Source: Octopus vulgaris
Lineage: Eukaryota
Direction of reading: 5' to 3'
Length of the DNA: 64,000 nucleotides
NCBI GenBank assembly: GCA_951406725.2
Contig: OX597821.1
Coordinates: forward strand, 43,400,001-43,464,000
Of the stretch, positions 39,720 through 53,293 are shown piece by piece (within the stretch, counting starts at the first letter, position 1; the number at the start of each line of letters is the position of its first letter). Both the position numbers and the translations under genes were made by a program. The notes below the pieces were generated by a model that saw only the letters and a program-made list of their open reading frames with translations, ran no database searches and was not told where the DNA came from.

Positions 39720-40270
39720 AACATCCTTTAATGCCCGTTTTCTATACTGGCATGGGTTGGACGGATTGACCAGAGCTGGCAAGCTGAAGAGCTGCGCCAG
39801 GTTCCAGTCTGATTTAGCTTGGTTTTTACAGCTGGATGCCCTTCCTAACACCAGCTACTTTACAGTGTGCTAGGTTTCTTTTAACAAGACACTGGCACAA
39901 GTGCTTTTGTGTGGCACCAACACGAGTTTTTTTTATATAGCGTGAGCACAGAACTCTTGCAGGCCAATCCTCTGTCCTGGGGGAAGTGGCCTTAACACTT
40001 CTGCTATAGAGGACATGTCTTCTCGAGTAAATGTTTTTATGTCAAGTTATATTTAAAAACAATTTAAATTAAATTGAATGATGACTTAATACTTTTTGGT
40101 AGAGTGTGCCATCATCATCATAATCTAATGCCCTTATTCCATGCTGGCATGGTAAGGATGGTTTGACAGTATCTGACAGGCTTGATGACTGCATCGATGT
40201 CTTCTTTGGTGTGATTTCTACAGCTGGATGCCCTTCCTAATGCCAACCACTTTAACAATTTGTACTGAGT
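39720..40270 (-). mobile_element. Two RTE 3'-tail fragments
   Basis: cagctggatgcccttcctaa..cca motif and an inverted tail (catcatcat) at about 39720-39900 and 40110-40270. Confidence 0.7.
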
Positions 40271-40442
40271 GTTTTTTATAGTATAAACTGTCAAATGTAT
40301 TTAGAGCCCATAGAATCCCAATTACTGATTGCTCTGAACATTGAAATGCGGTGTTAAACTTCCTTTATTACCAAAATTGAGATTATTTCAATTCCTGGTT
40401 GACCTTATTTCTATTTATATCATCTCATGTGTCCATAATTAA

Positions 40443-40637
40443 CCCTTTTGATACCAACCCACCTGAGACTTCTCTTGGTTCTGTGATAGAAACTGGTTCA
40501 AAAAGATATCAATTAAAGTTTTCTATCAAAATTCTATGTTAATTTCTGAATTACGAGTTATTTTATTAAATTTTTCAATATTTTCAAAATTAATTGAAAC
40601 AGATGAGTGTATTTTAACAAATATTGTAACAAAAGGT
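40443..40637. mobile_element. piggyBac-like MITE (family also at about 33390-33600, 43665-43840 and 63350-63567)
   Basis: TTAA|cccttttgatacc ... gtaacaaaaggt|TTAA, with interior shared among the copies. Confidence 0.7.
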
Positions 40638-40759
40638 TTAATGAGATGGACAACTCCTCATGTCCTTCCACATGATGAACATGTCTTTAACACTTAATGT
40701 CATGGATAAAAGAATAAAGCTTCTTCCTAAGTCATAAGGCCAGTTTCCCAGGTTTTGTG

Positions 40760-40952
40760 GTGTATATATTCTCCCTCCGCCTGTGAACATGATACTATTC
40801 CAGCACAGGGTTACTCGTTTTTGCCAGCTGAGTGAACTAGAGAAATGTGAAGTGTTTTGCCCAAGAACATAACACATCATCAGGTTCAGGAATTGAAACT
40901 ACAATCCTATGATCATGAGTCCAACACCCTAAACACTAACCTACATGCCTTC
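40760..40952 (-). mobile_element. Old CORE-like SINE copy
   Basis: Reverse complement of the 13061 and 28699 family (cagctgagtgaactag...caagaacataacac). Confidence 0.7.
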
Positions 40953-41559
40953 ACTAATGTTATGAGTTATGGAACATTTTTCATTTTGTGCTTCAGTTGG
41001 TGCCTGTTGCATCCTTTCCATTCACAGAGGAAATTTTTCTAGAAAGAACATTTCTTTTTCAAAATGTTTTTAGTTCAGTTCAAATGTATTCAAGTAGAAG
41101 CAGTCCCATTTGCTCTTATGATGTAGGTTTGACAGTGAAAATAATGAAATTTCATCTTCATCTAGAAAATCTTGTATGTTGTCTGGAAAGCTATTATTTT
41201 CCAGCTAGCAGCTATGTGGAAGTAATATAGTTACAATAGAAAAACAGAAACCACATGAAGGACAAAACAGTTGTTGGTGGCATTCTTTTCTTTTAGTGTG
41301 ACAACTTGAAAGCTGTTCTCAATTATCAAGTTTTTTTTATAATGTATTTTCTGGTATGATTATCTTTTCTTTCAAATCTACATTATTTTACTTATTTCTC
41401 TGAAGTGGTGCCATTTATATAACTGAAACTAGTTAGATTGAAATATTTTTTAAATTATGAAATTTGTAAAAATAATTTCAAACTCTTAGTAGTGAAGGCT
41501 TACAAATTCAATATATGTATTGAAAATGTGTGTGCATGTATCTGTCTGTTTGTCTTATC

Positions 41560-41590
<31 letters not shown>

Positions 41591-43049
41591 AAAAGGATGG
41601 ATGGGTGAATTTTTCAGTTATAAACAATTTTCATTCATGTAACTTGGTGTCAGACTCGTGTATATTTGTATTCGTTTGTAAACGCCTTGAAAAAGACTTG
41701 AATGTTTTTAACTCATTAGAAAAGCTAATAATATTCCATAGAACCAAATCACCAGTAGTTTTGCCTAAAAAGAAATCCTTCCTGACCTGCATGTAACTAG
41801 AAATGGGAATAACTGCGCATGATGGTATATCACCAAAAGGAACCTTGTATTCTCTCTCAGCCATTTGCATATCCTTAATTCTGTTTCTATATTGAAACAG
41901 TAAAGTCTAATTGCAAGGATAGTATATCTGATATACTACCATTGATTTTTAAAAAAATATTTTTTTGCATTTTCTTCTATTTATTTTAGTGTTATTATTT
42001 TTACTACAGGTGTTAGATGTGTTTTTCATTTCTATTCTAGGAGTGTTTTATTTCTCAATAACTTCAGTTTTTTCTAGTATATTACTGGTACCTATTTGTT
42101 AACTCTGACTGAAAGGAATAGGGAAATGGTTACCAGTAGGTTTTCAACAAGTCCTTTATTTAGCATAATCTCATTTTATGACTTCCCTATCTTTCAAATA
42201 TGCATGTTTATCCTTTCAATATTGTTTTTTAAAAATAATTTTTTACTGTTTATTCTTTTTTTTGAAAAATTTTTCATAATTGGTAACAGTTTGATTTCTT
42301 ACCAATGTGTAAAATTTTAATCTATTTTATTCAACTTACAAATGTTAATTGTTTTGGATCCAGTATTCACATATAACAATTGTTTACCTTTTAAACCATT
42401 GTCCTCCAATAATTAAAGATAATTATACCAAAATTTATAATCGTTTAAATTTAAAAAGAAAAATCAACAAAAAAACATTTGTGCTTTTCACTTTTTCAAT
42501 TAATATTTTCAAATCTTTCTTTCTGCTGAATGCTGTGCTATGAGATTATTTTATGACTTCTTAATATTTTTGTTTCAAGATGCGAATGTAGATTGTTTTG
42601 GTTCATTTCCATGTCCTTTTGTTTCTAAAATATTATTTATTCATTTGTCTCCTTCAGAAATTACATGTGATTCTTTGCTTTTTTCTCTCTTGTTTTCATT
42701 TAAATGGGTGAAACTTTTAAAACCTTTGTCTTTTAAATATACATAAATACACACACACACACACAAGGATAACCAGTGAGTTATTCCAGGCTATTAAATT
42801 CAGTTCTTGAATTGTGTCCCTTTTTCTTATTTAGACCTGAACATTAAGTCCCTTTTTTCCAGTGCAGTGTCCCTGAGGTCTTATTTCCTAAATGACAATA
42901 TGTAACAATACCTGAGATCAATCAGAATTTACTAAAACAGCTAAATATTATTTAGAGAAATCCTAAATGTAAAGAAAAGACATGTATAAGTCCACTTCCC
43001 ATCACAAACATTTGTACATGTCATTTTTTTGGAATTAATTATTATTATT

Positions 43050-43258
43050 AGGTGGTGACTTGGAAAAATTGTTAGCATGCTGAGTGAAATGCTTAGCGGT
43101 ATTTTGTCTGTCACTGCGTTCTGAATTCGAATTCCGCCGAGGTCGACTTTGTCCTTCGTCCTTTCGGGGTCGATTCAATAAAGTTACGCACTTGGGTCGA
43201 TGTAATTGACTTAATCCATTCCCCCAAATTTCAGGCCTTGTGCCTTTAGTAGAAAGGA
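43050..43258 (+). mobile_element. Nin/Deu-like SINE
   Basis: gaattcgaattccgccgaggtcgactttgtccttcgtcctttcggggtcga, flanked by (att)n. Confidence 0.85.
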
Positions 43259-43609
43259 TTATTATTATTGATAGAATTAAAAATATAAGGAGGATGCATC
43301 TTACATTGATTATTTGAAATGAGAGGCTTGCAAGTTATGTTTTGCTGGTTATTTTCATTATTTTTCTTTTTGTGTTTAACTTTGATTTAATTATTCATTA
43401 ATTAATTTCAATGAGAATTGACAACAATAGAAATGTTGACAATCTCCTGTTTTAAACTAGTTGTCAAGGCCAGTCTGTTAGAATTTGTGTATATGTTATA
43501 TAGTTTTAGTAGTGCGTAACAAAGTAGTCCCATGTAGAGAACTCGATGTAATTCATTGGAATAATGGGTATATTGTAATGAATTGTTAACTGCAACAATT
43601 GTGTGTGTA

Positions 43610-43646
<37 letters not shown>

Positions 43647-46600
43647 CACTCTAGTGAGAAAACTTTAATCCTTTTGTTACCATTTGTTGCAATATTTTTG
43701 TTGAGATACATTGTTTTTGTTTCAATTAGTTTTAAAAATAATGAAAAATTTAGGAAAATAACTATCATTCAACTCTTGTTTGGACCACTTTAGATCATAG
43801 AACCAGGGAGGGTCTCAGATTGGTAGGTATCAAAGGGGCTATATATATATATATATAAAATAAAATTTGCAGTAGACATATTTTAAACAAGTGGGTCTTT
43901 GTAATGTAAATAAATAAATATGTATTTGAAGTAGATATATTTGTATTTTAAACATGTGGGTCTTAATATTTGAATAGACATATTCAGTTGAAATCAGTAT
44001 AAATGATTAATTTATTTTTGTTTCTATCTTTATTTTTTAAAATAATAATTAATTATTAACTATTCTTTTTAATTAGAAACTTTATTATTGTTGTTATTGT
44101 TTTTATTATTGCCATATATATTTAATTTGATTCTCATACATTGTGAGTTTTAACACCATTAAGATTTTGTCTTTCATCCCAAGTGACAGACAAGTAAGTA
44201 ACGAGAGTGAATTAAATCATGTCTTTGCACCATCCTTAATCAATATTATTTTTATGAAAGGTACTAGGGTAATGGATTGGTAATATCTTCAGAATGTTAG
44301 AACATGAGTTGTGCTAAATACCACAAGGCGTTGTGTCCATGTTCAAATTCCACAGAGATCAACTTTTCCTTTTCATCCCACTTAGATTGATAAAATAATG
44401 CACATACCATGTCCACAACCCCTCTTCTTGAAATTTCTGGCCTTGTACCTTTGTGAAACCTTTTATTATTTAAATCACTTTACCCAAGCAACTTATATAT
44501 GCTCAGTAAAACTTGAATATTTCAACTCCATTCTTCTAAAATATATTGCCCTATTGCCTTTGATCTGTGGCTTATAAGAATAGTTTCTTACCATAGTTAT
44601 TTTATATCTTGAAACTAAATATTAGTATTTCGTTGAGAAACCCTAGTTCCTTGGAGAAGACTTCAGTTGATGGGATGGGTGTCAGAAAATTTTTGTGTGG
44701 ATTCTTACTGAGGGAAGGGAAATGATCTGAGAGGTAGAGGCTAGTATATTGTGACAAGAGGCAGGAAATATTTTTATAGGCAATGTGATAACTGGGGTCA
44801 CCTTTATATTGAAAGTAGACACTTCAGCAATGCTAGACTGTAGCAATGTTGGGATACATACAACCTTCAGTGGAAGAGATTTATGCATTTAAAGTGTAGA
44901 ATTAGAGATAAAGCAGGAGTAAAACTGACAAATGTATTGGAAAACATAGTTTTAATAAGAAGGAAGAATGCTTCATGGCTATAATTGTTTGTGCTCCTTT
45001 TGACTTGTACTGATTTTGATTAATGATTGTCATCATCATTTGATGTTCATGTTCCATGCTGGCTTGGGTTGTATGGTTTGATAGGATTCAATGAGGATTC
45101 ATCAGAGTCCAGACTCTGTAGTCTCCAAGACTACAGAATCTTGACTCTGATGACATGGTTTGTATAGCTGGATGCCCTTCCTAACACCAACTACTCCATT
45201 TGCTATTTTTGTGGCGACAGCGTAGTCACCCTTTCAGTTTGTAAGACTAAGATCTTCAGTGACTGACTGGAGCTACAGTAGAGAGAGAGGAGGCTTTATG
45301 TTAGGATATGAGAGGTTAAAGAATGAAAGAGGCCAGAACATTGGGTTTCTTGCTGTAGAGGAGCTATGTGGCTTTTCATGTTAAAGGGAAGATAATGAGA
45401 GTGGCTGAGGTGGAACTGGAAACAGAAACAAAAATAGTGATGGGATGTCAGGGTTGTGTTAGGATATTAAAGTTGTCTTCAACGTGGCAGTTTTTTTAGT
45501 TAAAATTCATGTTCTCTTCTTACCACCACCTCTGCTTTTTGTTTTTGCAAATTGTATTAATGTACTTGCTTTAGAGGGTTATATGAAAGAATGGTTTCTG
45601 TTGTGTTTCATAGTGTGTTATAAAAATTGAATGATTTGTGAACTGATTTATTTTTCTCTATTACAATTTACGACAAAATACACAGTAAAAGTCAGAGCAC
45701 TGTGTTCAAGTATTTAACAGAATCACTACTGGAATGTCGTTCCTTTGAATGGAATGGTTGAGAGTTTTCTCTTGGGAGTGAAGTTAGCAAAAAGAAATCC
45801 ATAAATGTGAATACTATGTCCTCCTATGATTTCTATTAATATCACGGCTTAAAATATTTTTTCAGTCATTTGATTACTCAGAGTACACATATGGATGTTA
45901 ACAGTAAAAAAGTTTCTCTTTAGATGTATCAAAAACTGGGAAAGTAAATTTCATTTTCTATAATATTACATGATTTCTTTGTTAAATTATTGATATAAAA
46001 ATAAGAAATATTATACTTAGATTAAAAGAATCCCACTTAAATTTTAGATAATCCATATCACAAATAAAAAAAGGAAATTAAATAGTTTGTGAGTTTTAAG
46101 TTGTTGAGGTATTTCATGTGTGCATTTTAGTTCTCTAATGGACAAAATGAAATGTAGACTATTTTCTTATAACCATGCTCAAGATTCTGATTTTTCTCCC
46201 ATTCTCTAAGTTTGCCATGCACATCTATCATCAGAAAATGTTGACATTTTGATCAAAACAAACAATGGATTTTCTAAGTTTTTCGTGTTTTTTCAAAAAC
46301 ATTTCTGATTCACAAAACATATATCCCACTTAAGTTTGCTATAATTATTACATAGGCAGTTAACAAAGTCAATGAGAGAGAGAGAGAGAGAGCTCTCTGT
46401 GGTTGCTCAGCCTGCTAGAAATAGCAGCTAAATCTGTCATATTACACCCTACTTAAAAAAAAATGATGCATCTGAAAAAAAAAAAAAAAAAGAAAGACAA
46501 GATAGTCATAGGTCTGTTTGATCATTGTTGGCCTGGAATTAAACAACAGCTGGCATTTATAGCAAAATAGATGTTCACCTTATAAGAACTCTGTACTTAC

Positions 46601-47736
46601 TATCAGTAGTAGTCTTGTATCAAAGAACTTATGTACAGGTGTTTGTTTGAAGAACAATTGTTTTGATTGCTAGTAGTAGCCAATTATAGAGATAACATTT
46701 CTCAATTCTTTCTCTGTGGTATTTTGGTAGGATACATAGCAATACTGTTTTAGGTTTTTTTCATTGGGTTCTCAATATTCAGTTGGAGAGAAAAAGGCTG
46801 GGGAATATTCCACATATTGAAGTATTATCATTTTATTGTGTAAAATAACTTTGCTTTTTTAAGTAACTAAATATAAATTTATTCATTTTCTGCCTCCTCC
46901 TCTTTCCATTCTCTTGTACAGTAAATGCTTAAAATAAGTCAGAAAAAATTATAAAATGAGTCCAGCAGAAGAAAAACAACAACAAAAAACAAAGAAGCAA
47001 AGATTATGTAGTTGCTCCCTTGTCATTCACACCACTGGAAATGCATTCAACCAGTGAGTGATCAGTTGGAAACCTATAAGCAATGAGCAGAGCTATTGTC
47101 CATAAAATGTATGATGTTATAAAAATATTTTATGTACAGTGAATAAACTCTATTTGATGTAACAAATACTTTCTCTCCTTTGTAAATTCTGACATATATA
47201 CACACACAAAAAATACAGGTAGATGCTCTACTTTTAATATTGTTTTGAGCATAAGCAGCAAGTGAATGACTGTAAAAGTTTGTATAGTTATGTTTTGTAG
47301 ATCTACTAACTAGCTTACATATACAATTGAGTAAGTTATTTTATTTGTTGTTGTTGCCTGTAAGAGAATTATTGCTATGACATCAGTAGCTGAAGTTACT
47401 GTTCTACTGGTAGCCTAGTTCTTTTCATTGGAAGTTGTGTAACTCTCTTCTAGCACTAAGGATGGAGTGGGGTTGCAATCACACTGAACAGCTAAGTAGA
47501 ACAGTTCTTGTCATTGTTTATGGAAAGTTGACATTAGCTTAACACACACAACTTGGTCTGCCCTTTGATATTATTTATTAACAGCTGCAGACCCGAAAAT
47601 GATTCTATCAACAAAAGTTTTACAAGTAAATTTTATGAAGAAATGCTGCTAATCATCTGAGTAAAATATTAATATAAACGAAGACATTCTTTTTCTTCTA
47701 AATTTCTTCCTGATGTATCCCAATTTGACTATACAG

Positions 47737-48005
47737 ACATGTTATTCCTATCCAAACATCCCATCGGCATTAAGTTTCACACAGATACCCCAGATGGCCC
47801 CTCAACCTATGTCTCCTACTTTGATGCAACGAAGTTTTTCTCCACCACTTCAAAGGAGAGCTGTATCCATTGGCACTCACTGTGATGGTGGTTTTATAGC
47901 AAGGCGGTCCGTGTCTCCACTGCCTTATGATCGACCGACCCCCATCAAATCACCTCCATTTTGTTACAGGCATGATAGTCATTTTAGAAGAAAAATTCAG
48001 GAAAG
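47737..48005 (+). CDS. Coding exon of an unidentified host gene (Ser/Pro/Arg-rich, likely disordered)
   Basis: Acceptor ttgactatacag|, strong donor GAAAG|gtaag, and a single open frame (TCYSYPNIP...MAPQPMSPTLMQRSFSPPLQRRAVS...RRKIQER). GC is elevated and the sequence is non-repetitive. Confidence 0.8.
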
Positions 48006-48919
48006 GTAAGAATTTTATTGTGAAAGAAAAAAAAAAATAGAAGCAAAAAAAAATTGAAGCTGTTTCAGTATGTATTTAATTCTATTTCCAACTCTGATTT
48101 CTAAATTTTTGTGAATTATGCATTATCCATAACTTGTTATTGGAGTAAGGGTCACAGAACCATGTAATTTGATTATCTCTTTATATATATATATATATAT
48201 ATCTATATATATATATATATATTTATTTGTAAAAGCAAATTTACATGAACTCGTACATGTACCATATGTACACAACTACATAAGTGGGTTTATATGAACA
48301 CATTGTGTATAGATGTAAACACATCTACATATGAACACACATGTTGTGTGAACATGTGAAAAAAGAAAATATAAAAAAAAATCTGCTGGAATAAGTAAAT
48401 ACAAGAATAAATGTTTTGACGACCGTCTACTTAGTTTACGTTACAAATCTCTAAGTTAGTTTTTTTTTTGTCTACTTCAGCTAATTATTAGCTGGCTTGA
48501 GCAAATTAGATATGTTTAAAATTTCATTTTTAACTTACAACATGCCAAGTCAATATATATGACAACATTTTCATGACAACAACCTTCAACAATGTTGGTG
48601 AAAATAGCCTGACAAGCTGTAATCATCTCAATTTAGGTGCATTATATACTATTTAGCTGGTGTTAGTGTTTAGACTGTGGCCATGCTGGACACTACCTTT
48701 GTGGGTTCTAAATGATTGTTTTGACCTCATGGAGCATTTTTGAGTACTATTTGTTGAACTGCTGAATTAGGGGACATGTATATAATGTAAACACACACAC
48801 ACATAAATTACATGATGTGAAGTATATAAAAGTTATATAATGAGTAAGCTATAAAAATATACGATATATAAAAATTAGTGAGAAAAAGTTAGATATAGAG
48901 TAAATATATAATTACACAT

Positions 48920-49108
48920 TTATTGGATGGTCGTTAACTCTCAAGGGTTCGTCTGCCCTTTGACGGGTTTTGTTTTTCATCCCACTGGGTGTCCAATAAA
49001 CACCCTCCTCACCAAGCAAGCTTGGTGGGGTTGCCAGTTTAGTTTCCGATGGCCCGACCATGCAATAGGTTGTACTGGGTTACATGTTACCAGTAGCACT
49101 CAAAAGAC
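48920..49108. repeat. Unclassified GC-richer structured element, possible LINE 5' UTR fragment
   Basis: Sharp compositional block with the hairpin caccaagcaagcttggtg, flanked by AT-rich low-complexity DNA. Confidence 0.35.
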
Positions 49109-49644
49109 ATACTATAAATTACATACATACATACACTTTTATATATCTTTTATGTATTATACAGACATGTTATACATACATACATATACTTTAATATATT
49201 TTTATGTATTATACAGACATGTTATACATAAATATTATCAATATTTTGCAAACATATCTTATGTGTCTTATCTACTGTCTCAGTCATTGGACTGAAACCA
49301 TTTTGGGGCACTGCCTTCAAAGGTTTCCATCAGTCAGATAGACCCCAGTACATATTTTTTAAGTGTATTATTTATTCTATTGGTCCCTATTTTTGTCAAG
49401 CGATTAAATTACATTAACATAAACAAACAACTGTTTTTCAAGTGGTGAATGTAAAAAAAATTTACTTAGTGAGACACACGCACATTCACACATGACTGGT
49501 TTCATACAGTTTCCATATACCAAACTCGCAAGGCATTGGCCAAGTTGGAACTATAGTTAGAGACACTTGGCCGAAGTGCTGTGCAGTGCTACTGAACCTG
49601 AAAACAAGTGGTTGACCTCTTAAACACCTAGACATATATGTAGT

Positions 49645-49689
<45 letters not shown>

Positions 49690-49690
<1 letters not shown>

Positions 49691-50155
49691 TAATAATAAA
49701 ATAATAGGGAATAAATCCAAACTTACAGGGAAAAATCAGATTTAGGATTAAATCCAATTTTATAGTATAAATATATTATATTATATTATATTAAATTAGA
49801 TAAAACCACTAAAACATAAGCCAATACATAAAATTAATTTAATTTATATTATTTTAAATATGTATTAAAAGTTTAATAAAAGATAAAGAGTAAACACTAC
49901 AATCGTTTCATGGCTGTACAATTCGAATAACAATGATTTAAATTCAATTAATAATTTGAGTTATGGTTACAGTCAATCTTCAGGTTAATTGAAATATCTA
50001 AAAAATAATCAGAAATATTTAAACAATATTTTTAAGATATAAATAATATAATAATTTTACTTATGATAAACTCTATTATCAAACTAGAAACAAACCTTAA
50101 CAATTATGATTATATCAAAATCGACTATAATGTTAAATATTAATTTTAATTTATA
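49690..50155 (-). mobile_element. Probable Penelope-like terminus between (TA)n tracts, with hammerhead-like motif
   Basis: The minus strand at 49987-49893 reads CTGAAGA-ttgactgta...tacagccat-GAAAC-gatt-GTA. Confidence 0.55.
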
Positions 50156-53100
50156 ATATATATATATTATATTATATTATATTATATTATATTTCACACA
50201 CATGTATATTCAGGGTGGTAGATTGGGGGAATTGTTAAAGTCAGCTTCCTTGTGGTATCTGTTCTGACACCTTGTTTTCTGATATTAACACCTGTTGTAT
50301 TGGCCTAAGTTGGTGGATTTTCTTTGGATAAACATTGGTGTTGTCAAGAGGGGAAACTTGTATGTATAGGCTAATGTCAGTCTTCCTCAAAAAAAATCTT
50401 GCTCGGGCCTGCACATATATGTGCAGTTTCATGGTCAACATACTGACCTACGGAGGTTTCTTCCTCTGCACATGCATGCACACATATGTTGGTATAGTCA
50501 GATACATACATGCATCCAACATAAGCTTGCATAAAAAACCTGATGCACAACAAAAGTGTTTGTGTGTATGTGTATTTAGAGTCATACCCTCACACATAGT
50601 TGTCTGTAAAATGTATAGTCACCAAAGGAACAATACAAGGTGTCTAAACATGTTGACAGTCAACATTATTAAGTTAGATGCTCAGAGAAGTGGAAAGAGC
50701 GTTTTGTCCTTTGGAATAGGGTGTAAAAGGGTGTAAGATAGAGAGGCGGAAAGGCAAGAACAAACAGTATGTATGTGTAAATGTGTCATAATGGTGTGTA
50801 TAATAGTTTTAATGTATATACAAACCTGAATCAGCACAAGCTGTTCGGCAGATCATCAAACAATTTCAACCTCATTTACTCTTTTCAGCAATGTACTTTC
50901 CTAGACATTCTGAGCTAAGCCAAAAGATATTCATTCAGCTATAGAAATCAGTAAGTACTGAGGAGACCAAATGAGGTCAAAACACTGTCTGATGATCTGT
51001 TGTTGGTGTTCTGAGTGAGCTGTGTTTTTGAGAAGCTTCTCAAAGACATAATATTACAGCTGGTGCTGTTGAATGTTTGTATATACATCACAAATGTCAT
51101 ACACCTTTTTATTGTAATATAATGCATGTATATAAATGTCTGTGTGTGTCTTTGTATTATACATAGTATATACTTTTTTTTATATAAACACACTCACACA
51201 CATGCATAATATTTTAGGTAAAACAAATGCAAAATCACCAAGCCTGTAAAAGTATGCACTTGTGTTATGTGCAGACCTAATTTTGGACAGTGAAATCTTG
51301 AAAAAATATCTCTCATGTGTAATATGCATTGAGTTTTATTATTATTGAGTTGAATTCATCCTTAAAACAAAAAAACAATCTCTGTCCACCAAATTCACTC
51401 AAGGCATTGGTCAACCAAAGCTATTGTAGAAGATACTTGCCTAAGGTACTGTACAGTGGGCCTGAACCTAAAAACCACGTGGTTGAATAACAAGCTTCTT
51501 AACCATACAGCCGTATTTGAACATATTCAATATTTTTTACTGAAAATCATATTATGCTTTTTTATGACATGAAGAACATTGAAACCAGTAATATAAGACA
51601 AACTAAAAGATTCTGTTCACAAAGTTAGCTATAAGCAATCTATGAAAACTATTTCAAAATAATGTTGTAGTTTTTGTTTGTAAATGGAAAAAAATTTGTA
51701 ATATAAATTATGTCCTATAAGGGAAATAAGCAGGCCTGACAGTTTTTATTTTCATTTTGAGGGTGCTGTTCACTCTATTTCTAATTTTATTCTGTATGTT
51801 ATTGATCCTTTCATTTCTCCTATTATGTTTTATGTTTGTCAGGTTTCATCTGCACCCTATTCACTTCTCAGGTCTCCTCAGTTGTAGGTTAAAATCGTAG
51901 AATATATTAGAAAGGCTAACCATCACCTTTCCACCAGCATTTCCACTCTAATTAATAAACATATTTTTGTGATATATCCTCAAAATAGTGGCCACCACTA
52001 CTTAGCTTTTAACTACTACATTCTACTACAGTGAAATAACCTGAATAAGTTTTATTCTGCACTAGTAACCACAATATATGAGTTTTCTACTTTATTCTGT
52101 TTCTTGATTTATTTTTGTTGGAGCATTATACAACAAACTATCTCATACTTCTTTTACTTTGAACTTTGTCAACAGCACCACACAGAGCAGGATGTTTTTT
52201 TACAGGAGGTGAACTTATTTTTACAAATGAAAACTATGGTATTACACAGATATAACTGCCCTTTAAATATGAAACTATATAAACAATAACTGATGTGTAA
52301 GTTTTCACTCTGAAGGCATTAAAAATGATGTCATACTAAGAGAAGTCCTCTTTTAATCATGTAATTCCAGACTGTTCTTAGTATGTACTTGCCAATAGGC
52401 AACCAAATTTCCCCGAAACAACACCCTATTGCCTTATGTGTATACAGATAAGTTCCATTATCATGTGTGCGCGCGAACACACACACACACACACAATTCA
52501 TCTATAATGTTGACTTATTTTTTCCATATTTTTAAACCTAGAATTAAGGGGTATGTAATATTTCAGTGAACTAGTCAACCACATGGTTCCTTGGTTCTTG
52601 GTTCAGTCCCACTGTGTGGCACTTCGTGAATCTTCTATAGCTTTAGGCTGACCAAAGTCACTTCTAAGATATTGCTTTTTGTCAGGTTATAAGGTGCTTG
52701 ATTTTTCTCCATACATTACTTTACTAATCAAAAGACAAATTTATCTTTTTTTTTAAATTTTTTCAATATAAACTTATCAAGTCTTATGACTACATATATA
52801 TTTACCTGTTTCTTTTGTCTTGTGCCTCCCTTTTCCTTTTCATTCTCACAACTTGTGTTACTATTGTTTTGGGTTTAAAGACTTTGTATATTTTCATTTA
52901 TCTTGTTCTATATTTTAACATTTTCTATGCACACTTGTCTGTATCCTTGGTACACTAATAAGTTATGGACACCATTGAAATGAACAATACTTTTAGATTA
53001 CAAAATTGTAATGATTTCCAATTTCGAACTAAAGAAAGGATCAAATTTGTGCATTTGTGTTAGATTTTTGTTTATTGTGTATATTTCCTTGTCTGTTCTT

Positions 53101-53293
53101 TGTAGGGAAGTGGCTAAACAGGTACCCAGGTATTTCAGCTGGCCTCACTCAATGTCAGCACAAAACCAGCCAGAGTAAATGTAAGGAGACCCTGAAGTCC
53201 TGAAATTGGGACACTTGATCAGTACACATGCACACATACACAATTTAGATATATATCTTATATTACATTTATATGTTATATATATATATATTG

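Noticed and set aside
41631-41870. Minus-strand exon MQMAEREYKVPFGDIP
   Set aside because: Weak splice signals, no recognisable family and no supporting minus-strand exons.
53105-53120. 16-nt microexon (tttgtag|...aacag|gtaccc)
   Set aside because: Not 3n and the donor is weak; consistent with chance.
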